DNA of 63,325 nt, filler included, from Octopus bimaculoides (taxonomy: Eukaryota), in NCBI RefSeq assembly GCF_001194135.2. It is 3 parts of 3 records of this genome, joined end to end, with 100 filler letters (N's around TTAATTAATTAA, not from the genome) between each part and the next. Parts side by side here need not be neighbours in the genome. Positions count along the whole stretch, not along the records: positions 50,151 to 63,325 come from NC_068981.1; 2 more parts are not named here. One strand, 5' to 3'. Each line of letters opens with the position of its first letter. The stretch's first letter is position 1. Positions 55,921 through 63,325 of this stretch are shown one piece after another. The translations under genes and the position numbers were made by a program. The notes below the pieces were generated by a model that ran no database searches, was not told the DNA's origin, and saw only the letters and a program-made list of their open reading frames with translations.

Positions 55921-56482
55921 GCTGGTTGTCTACACCTTATGCAGAGTTTGACCACCTCCTGTGTCTACACCTTAGCACCATCATGGCATCTGATGTGGCT
56001 TTTTAAACCAGACAATGTTCTGAAAGGACATCCACATAGATTGCACCTCCGATTTGGACCACCAAGAGCTGCAGATTTATGGATCGTAAAATGTTTTTTG
56101 AAGCCTCCGTTGGATTTGCAAACCTTCTGGCATACATTGCATTCAAAGGTGTGCACAGACATAAAGGCAGAATAGTTGGTGGAGGTTCGTTTTCCATGCG
56201 TTCGCAAATGAAATTTGAGCCCAGCAAAAGAAAGGCATGGTCTGTCACAGACAGTGCGCACAAAAAGGTTATTGTCATTCACCTTGTCAATCGTAACATT
56301 CTTCCTTAGATCTCTTTTGGGTCTTACTTGCGTTATCCTGGCCTCTTTAAATGCTTTCACTCCACTCCGCACCTTTGTTCGCCATCTAACTCGATCCGAA
56401 GCAAGGGTTTTTATATCTTCTGGAACCATTCCAAGTGACTTCATAGTAGTCCTTATGCCGTCCTTAAACCTTTTTTTTTTTA
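55920..56482 (-). mobile_element. 3' end of an RTE-clade LINE with three C2H2-type zinc fingers
   Basis: ORF 55965-56507: KRFKD...LASDRVRWR...G...F..AR...KR..RK (RTE C-terminal signature), then (R)TVCDRPCLSFAGLKFHLRTH, CNVCQKVCKSNGGFKKHFTIH, CNLCGCPFRTLSGLKSHIRCH. Confidence 0.8.
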
Positions 56483-56485
56483 GGT

Positions 56486-56612
56486 TTACCCCGACTTTGC
56501 CTGTCATCCTTTCGGGGTCGATAAATTAAGTACCAGTTGCGTACTGGGATCGATCTAATCGACTGGCCCCCTCCCCAAAAATTTCGGGCCTTGTGCCTAG
56601 AGTAGAAAAGAA
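56486..56612 (+). mobile_element. 5'-truncated SINE family C copy, little diverged
   Basis: cgactttgcctgtcatcctttcggggtcgataaattaagtaccagttgcgtactggg...ccttgtgcctagagtagaaaagaat. Confidence 0.8.
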
Positions 56613-59173
56613 TAATTTTGGTGGAAAGTATCGCTTTATCCATTTATATAAATGAATATGCTACCTGTGCCAATCAGTCTTATGCTATTATTTAACACAT
56701 TGACAATTCATATTTCACCCTTATACAAATCTAACAATATATATATAAAGTATTATTTAACCGTAAGTCAGTAATTGGTTCTTCTAGTACTGGTCTGAAA
56801 TTTGAAAGGAGGAGGAATGGTAGATTATATCAACTCCGGTATTTGAATGGTACTTTGTTTCATCGACCACGAAAGGAGAAAGTCAATGTTGACTCGGTGC
56901 AGGGCATTAAACCCAAGATGTTAGAAGAAATATTGAAAGATATTTTTCTCCAACGCTCTAACAATTCTGCCTATCTTTCATCTTTACTAAAGATCAATAG
57001 TAAGAACTGTTCTTTATCGATAGAGTATGAACAACTTATAACTATAATAATTACTAAAGTATAATTTACAGCACAAATCCCTAGGAATACAACATCTGTT
57101 CTCAAAGCATGAAATCGAAATATGTATGAAATATCTTTATAATGTGATTCCATTGATCAAACTAATAATTAATTTCTTCTTACATATATTATTTACAGAT
57201 ATCCTGCGTAGTAGTGGTAGGAGAGGCAGAAACGAAACAGAACATAAGTAAGCAAGTATTAAGAGCTTGTGAGTGCTTATGTACCTTGAGGTAGCCATGT
57301 TTACATGCGATTTGAAATTATTATGTGTATAATACCATTTTAGGTATTATACGCAGAATTTTAATGAGTTATACTTGTAGCTTGTAAATACTCAGACTCT
57401 GCTCAGATCTGAGGTGTGTACGGGCCCCGAAGACATTGGTTAGATTTTAGGTTGTACCCATAAAAATATTACAGATTTCTGATCGCCATGAAGTTATCGT
57501 CAAAGTGTGGGGGATATACTGAGTTGGTAAAATTTGTGAATGTTTTTCTTGCCTTTTTATAGTTTGTACTTTGATAAATGTATAATTAGAATTATGATTA
57601 GAATTGAAGTATTATTTAATTTCCTGTATATTGTTTCTTTGTCGCCAAGAATATTATATCACTATTTGGCGTTCATATACAGAAATACTTTAATATTTGT
57701 GTTTTCTGTTTTATTTAACGTATTTCTATGTTGTCTTTTCTTCTTGCAATCGATTATTAGTGTTTGCAATTGCGTTAAATATATAATATACGAATTAATT
57801 GAGCTTTGTGGTTTGTTTGCGATATATTTCATTCGCTACATCTGTCGTGTAAGAGATAGTTTTGAATAGCAATGGATTACCTTAATATTTCTTTATTGAA
57901 TTTTTAAACATTAATTGGACTGAATTTATTGCGCAGTTGCACAACTTAAACCCAGTTTTCATGTGCAAATATATACATATCACTGAATTGATATAGGTAT
58001 GTATTACATGATGTCTGGCGTTTTTCTGTAATTGTCAAGACTGACCGCTGTAAATGATGTGATTGATTACTTTATTTTGATTGCGTAGTCTACATTTAAT
58101 TGTATCACTGGTCAGCCATTGATCTCTCTGCAGTTAAAATCTAATTTTCTGTTCCAACATTTAGTCTATAACTTTGTGCTCTTGTTAGCTTTCATATATA
58201 TATATATATATATATATACTTACAATTTATTTTTCCAGGCTTATAAGTAGAAATTCAGCAATATATAATATCATTTTAGCGCTATGCTTTTGAAATCTCC
58301 CTCATAAATATATCTTTATCTATTTTATAACAATTTATCATTAGAAATAACTATTGTTATCTTCCTCTTTGTGCATGCTACAATGATTTATTGCAGATAC
58401 TTCTATATTGGATTTTTCTCTCTTAAGAGTACATCGATAAAACACCCTAATAACATAACGTAACGTGAACTGAATACAAACAGATGAATGTAGAAAAATA
58501 TATGGAAAAATTCATGGATATATATATATATATATATATANNNNNNNNNNNNNNNNNNNNNNNNNNNNNNNNNNNNNNNNNNNNNNNNNNNNNNNNNNNN
58601 NNNNNNNNNNNNNNNNNNNNTATATATATGCATGTATGTATTTATATATATATATATAAACACGATGTTGAACAAGAAGTTGTATATAGACGATATAACA
58701 TGAATGAAATATAAGGAAGTAGAAGAAAAGTTAGAATTTAACCAAAATCCAAAAATAACAGTTCGCATCAACTATAGCCAAATTTAACCTTATTCTAAAA
58801 ATCTCAGCTAATCACTCTCCAACTTGTAATGTTTAAATGCTAATATGATGACACAGGTAAAACGTTTTATTGAAGTAAAGGCTGTGACTCAAAAAAGCTG
58901 ATAACCACGTGGTTATATTTTATTCCGAATTTAAAGGAGAAACAAAGAGCGAAATGCTTTTCATTTTGTCATTATCAATAAAATCAGAAAACAATTTCTC
59001 AGAGCACTTGTAAAATCATGTTGAACTGGCGGTTGTCTGCTTTGAGACATCAGAACAGTATAACTTTTCGTTGAATTTGATGTTCTGAAAAAAAAAAAAG
59101 AAGTTATATATTAGGGGGTTACTCTATAATTTTCTAGAGCGCAAGTTTATTTTTAAACAAGAATGTTGTTGAG

Positions 59174-59216
59174 AGTGACTTCGAGGTTTCGGCCATTTAC
59201 GCCATCATCGGACAGC
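59174..59216 (-). ncRNA. minimal Penelope-type hammerhead motif, variant core CCGAUGA, probably decayed
   Basis: minus strand tgt-ccgatga-t-ggc-gtaaatg-gcc-gaaa-cctcgaagtc; stem III one change from the palindrome acttcgaagt; GUC triplet; stem I weak. Confidence 0.45.
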
Positions 59217-59561
59217 GATGCATTAGAGTTAATCTTGGGTTTATATTGCCTATGTTGAGTTAAAGCCCTCCTTATGTCTGTGGGTTTGAGTGGGGTGGTA
59301 ATTAGGTTTCAGGGTGAGTTGTTATGGAGAGGTGTTTGTGAGAATTTTTTATCGATTAGATTTGGGGTTATTGTTTAGAATTTATTTATGTATATAGAGC
59401 TCTGACAGCAAGTGCGTATGTTTAGATATGTCGCTTTGTTCGGTAGGCACTGGATGTGTTAGCAGTTTAGTTATTTTTGGTTTTATTAGATTTAATTCTT
59501 TGTTTGGCAATTTAAAATGAAAGGCAGAAAGTCCACTGTTTGGGACCTTAATAACTTGGGA

Positions 59562-60062
<501 letters not shown>

Positions 60063-60351
60063 GTATGTCAACTTTGTTGTAATGAATGTTTTTAGAGGTT
60101 CACGAAAGAAAGTAAGTAGGTGGTATGTTTTAGCGGGTTAATTTTATAACCTGTTGTTGCTATTATTTAGAGTATTTGCTATTTTTATTTGCAAGGTGGG
60201 GGTCATTACTTGGGCATGTCGCGATGTTGTTAGTATAGAAAATTGTTTCTCTCCTGCTTTGGGGTTCACATAAGGATTTAGTTAGGTGAAGAGTTTGTTG
60301 ATCTGCATGTTTCTCCTTAAGTCTTTATTGTTCTGTAAACAATTTCATTAA

Positions 60352-60640
60352 CCCATTACCTCCCATAATTCTATTAACTGGAATTTTTTTTATGAAACTG
60401 ATTTCTAGCATAAAACAGCCTTAGAAACACGTTGGAATGATCAAAATAACATTTCAAAATAACATTTTAAATAGAAATAAGCGAGATATTAGGTGAAAAA
60501 TTAGCGAACCTCATTTGAATATCAGAGAAATATACCTAGTAGATATAGCAAAAGGGTTAGATATGTGTAAATATTGACAGATAATTACGAAATTTGTAAT
60601 TTTTAAGTGAGCTCATATGAGATCACTGGTAGGTAATGGG
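60352..60640. mobile_element. 289-bp MITE with TTAA target duplication (piggyBac-type)
   Basis: TTAA(60348-51)-cccattacct ... aggtaatggg-TTAA(60641-44): perfect 10-bp TIRs. Confidence 0.8.
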
Positions 60641-61086
60641 TTAATATAGAGAGATTCTAGCCCTTGTGTTTTATAGAGGCTGGATTTGTGGACTGTGTGT
60701 TAATAAATATTTCTTCTATTGTTTCAGACGTGGGCATTTTATAAGGTGTTATTTTAAGGACGGCGGTGCTATTTCAACAACATTAACATGGCAGCAATAT
60801 ATAAACACATACATGTTATGTAAATAATCAAAAAACATCAGCGCGCATATACATTCATATATGAATATTAACAAGCACATACGCACACACCCAAACACAC
60901 ACATACATACACATACATGCATTATAACACAAAATATGTCAAAACAGTAATTTAACTAGTAGAAGATCAATAATTTGTTTAATTCACCAAAATAGATTAT
61001 ATACCGATATATTTTGATGCAACAAAAAGGTGAGCCATAAATTCCACCGCGGAAGCTGCAGAGGATGTCACTAAGTGGTTTTAGAT

Positions 61087-61245
61087 TCAGAAGGTGGGGA
61101 TGCAAGCTGAGATTTGTTCATCTACGACTGGGTCAACCGGGCGAGTGTGAGGTCTGATGCTGAAAGACTCAAAATCTCTTATGACTCTTTCCCAGGAATA
61201 ACGAATATTACTGATGATGTGCCTCAGAACATTCGCGTGATGTGT
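61087..61245 (-). CDS. probable third coding exon: THHANVLRHIISNIRYSWERVIRDFESFSIRPHTRPVDPVVDEQISACIPTF*
   Basis: atatttccaAG acceptor, phase 0, 52 open codons of non-repetitive sequence; candidate ATTAAA polyA signal at 60978-60983 (minus). Confidence 0.55.
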   Translation of the reverse strand, partial: THHANVLRHIISNIRYSWERVIRDFESFSIRPHTRPVDPVVDEQISACIPTF

Positions 61246-61387
61246 CTTGGAAATATATACATATATATAACTCATAAATAAGGGTAAAAGAGAAAAATTC
61301 CTATGCCGAGAAATAGACTTTAAATCGTCAATAACCACATATAATTCAACACTGAGAAGAGTATAATCGAAGAGGAAAAGCCCATAC

Positions 61388-61506
61388 CTCTGCTTTCTTC
61401 AATAATTTCGTTGCCACAACTCCCACTATTGAGAAAGCATACTTTGAGGAAATAAGGTAACATGCTACTTTCTACAAAAAGTACCGGGTTGCACAGAATC
61501 CTTTTT
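61388..61506 (-). CDS. second exon of the secreted Cys-rich gene (119 nt): as assembled KKDSVQPGTFCRK* (stop 61465-61467); with one extra A, 40 open codons
   Basis: gtccttccacAG acceptor, GAG/GTATGG donor. Confidence 0.6.
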
Positions 61507-61650
61507 CTGTGGAAGGACATTCTCTTCAAAGTTTTGTTCTTGTCAGCAGTTTTGATGGCTTTTATTCAGTCACACGGACAATTATATAGTCATTGTTTAA
61601 TAGACTTGACAATTATGTTAATGTAATACGTTTGAAGCTTCGCTACTTAC

Positions 61651-61815
61651 CTTTGACCTCAAGCATTCACATTTGCAATTATTTTTGCAAGCTTGGCTAA
61701 AATTTTCCGAGCACTTTGTCACAATACATCTCGAGGTGCAATTCGGTGGAACTGCTTCAGATCCAACGAAGAGAACCAAAGATATCAGCATCAGTTTGAA
61801 GATTAGATTGTTCAT
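61651..61815 (-). CDS. first coding exon of a secreted Cys-rich protein: MNNLIFKLMLISLVLFVGSEA-VPPNCTSRCIVTKCSENFSQACKNNCKCECLRSK
   Basis: acceptor tatttacAG 3 nt before the ATG (exon starts 61818); hydrophobic signal ending in S-E-A; 7 Cys; AAG/GTAAGT donor, phase 0. Confidence 0.8.
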
Positions 61816-61878
61816 ATTCTGTAAATATATGTATTAACATAAATATTGAAAATAAGTTGGGAAAATGTATGTCTGTAT

Positions 61879-61913
<35 letters not shown>

Positions 61914-62019
61914 AAGACGACGTGTGAGCATTCAGCTTTTGCCGAACGACCTGCACAAATGATTTGTTTATAATGATCAAATGTTCGTGCCGCTCATTAT
62001 CTCAATCTCTCCATCCAAA

Positions 62020-62185
62020 CGACATTGGTTTCAACATGTGCACTGTGTACCACGCAGTGTCGAAGCGAGCGCAGAGCAACATGAAATGAAGTCTTTTGCT
62101 CAAGAACACAGCGTACCACCCGGTCTAGGAATTGAAACCACAATCTCGCGATAGTGAGTACAACACCCTATCCGCTTGGCCATAA
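62020..62185 (-). mobile_element. SINE family B, 5' part
   Basis: tRNA-like head (ggtttcaattcc B box on minus) plus gtgttcttgagcaaaagacttcatttcatgttgctc. Confidence 0.7.
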
Positions 62186-62422
62186 ATATATTTTTTGATG
62201 ACATAAGAACTTATAAACATTTGAGAGAACGCAAAATAGTTCTTTTTTTGGAATAATAGGTGTCGAAGCATACATGAACTTATAAATAGTAGCATGTAAA
62301 TACTGGGTTGTAAAACCCTTTGGGACAGAAAAAGTTGAATGCACGAGTAACCTTCAGCTTTTTCTATTTAAAAGAGTTTTTCAATCCAATATTTACATAC
62401 TATTAGTTGTAGCTTTTTCGAA

Positions 62423-62622
62423 GGCGGTGACCTAGCAGTAATCATTAGCATACCAGGCGAAATGCTTAGTGGTATTTCGCCCGTCGCTACGTTCTGAGTT
62501 CAAATTCCGCCGAGGTTGAATTTGCCTTTCATCCTTTCTGGGTCGATGAATTAAGTACTAGAGTCTATGTAATCAACTACCCCTCATCCCACCCCCTTGT
62601 ACCTATAGGAGAAAGGATTATT
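62423..62622 (+). mobile_element. SINE family C, full length
   Basis: ggcggtgacctagcag...gaaatgcttag...gagttcaaattcc (B box)...tttgcctttcatcctttctgggtcgatgaattaagtac...ccttgtacctataggagaaagg. Confidence 0.85.
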
Positions 62623-62973
62623 TATAGCTTCTTTGTGTACTTCGATATCCATTGTTCCAAAAGAGATATAAAAATATTCATTAATACGTATATATGAAGC
62701 ATATTCTTATTATAAGCAAACAATACCCAGCATTACATACAGGACGAACAATTAGATCTACATTGTATATTTGGGATCGGTTCACCTGTTTTCTTTCGTT
62801 AGGGGGGAAAGAATAGTGTCTAATATATTTAATAATAGTTTAACTACAAAAAATAATTATAACAGTAATTTAACAAGAGTTGCGATGGAGAAATTTGCCT
62901 TTATTTTACATGCAGCATAGACGAATAGGAATAACCCTCAAACATTATAAGATTTTTATATTTTTTCTAACGC

Positions 62974-63029
<56 letters not shown>
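62974..63029. repeat. (AAT)n microsatellite, apparent target site of the adjacent retrotransposon
   Basis: direct reading; abuts RT-coding sequence. Confidence 0.95.
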
Positions 63030-63030
<1 letters not shown>

Positions 63031-63325
63031 GAATTTCATGTGGCATTTTCCAGGGTGACTCACTATCACCACTCCTCTTCTGTCTAGCCTTAATGCCTCT
63101 CTCAAAATTGCTCAATGATGCACAGTATGGTTATAAAATATTTGATAAAAATATAAATCATCTCATTTACATGGATGATTTGAAGCTATTTGCAAAGAAT
63201 GACCAACAACTCAAAGGCCTACTAGCGATTGCTAAACAATTCAGTGATGACATCAGGATGCAATTTGGCCTTGATAAATGTGCAAAAGCTAACTTTATCA
63301 AAAGAAAAATGACAAAAACATCTAA
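63030..63325 (+). mobile_element. 5'-truncated R4/Dong-clade retrotransposon RT, frame intact to the window edge
   Basis: 98 open codons: RISCGIFQGDSLSPLLFCLALMPLS...NHLIYMDDLKLFAKN...FSDDIRMQFGLDKCAK. Confidence 0.93.

Larger units (their letters stand above)
53445..58250 (+). other. candidate chain of short exons of an unidentified plus-strand gene (53445-53521, 57072-57123, 57199-57247, 57475-57526, 58239-58250)
   Basis: AG/GT-flanked segments with compatible phases give (D)IVCNRLRKLYGRSSTVVDSGFQKVL-HKSLGIQHLFSKHEIEIY-ILRSSGRRGRNETEHK-FLIAMKLSSKCGGYTEL-AYK*; no recognised homology. Confidence 0.25.

Noticed and set aside
56843-57064. 73-aa ORF
   Set aside because: Its first half is a decayed minus-strand SINE-C
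61460-61475. A-to-I editing or ribosomal frameshift as the way past the exon-2 stop
   Set aside because: Editing UAG to UGG leaves a further UAG and a UGA in that frame. No canonical slippery heptamer lies between the two constraining stops. A 1-bp indel is simpler.

Overview
AT-rich, microsatellite-saturated eukaryotic draft-assembly window with many N gaps. The repeat landscape suggests an octopus/coleoid cephalopod genome (inference). The first 8.6 kb holds the last nine coding exons of a plus-strand DH-PH RhoGEF gene (361 aa visible), all phase-consistent with GT-AG introns. The rest is mostly decayed mobile DNA: three tRNA-headed SINE families, several R4/Dong-type RLE retrotransposon fragments, RTE LINE pieces, Penelope-like elements, an L1/Tx1-like gag ORF1, Tc1/mariner remnants and a TTAA MITE. 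Most interesting: (1) a compact three-exon minus-strand gene at 61.1-61.8 kb for a secreted Cys-rich protein with mytilin-like end motifs, whose exon 2 is one base short of an open frame; (2) a 175-bp foldback carrying two inverted minimal hammerhead ribozymes with a non-canonical CCGA core, echoed by a third, different-sequence hammerhead at 59.2 kb; (3) R4/Dong copies whose 5' junctions sit on (TACA)n tracts, including tails of earlier copies, versus one copy on (TAA)n; (4) an RTE C-terminus with three C2H2 fingers; (5) a SINE carrying an internal microsatellite at which partial copies break. All calls were made by eye; no database searches were run.
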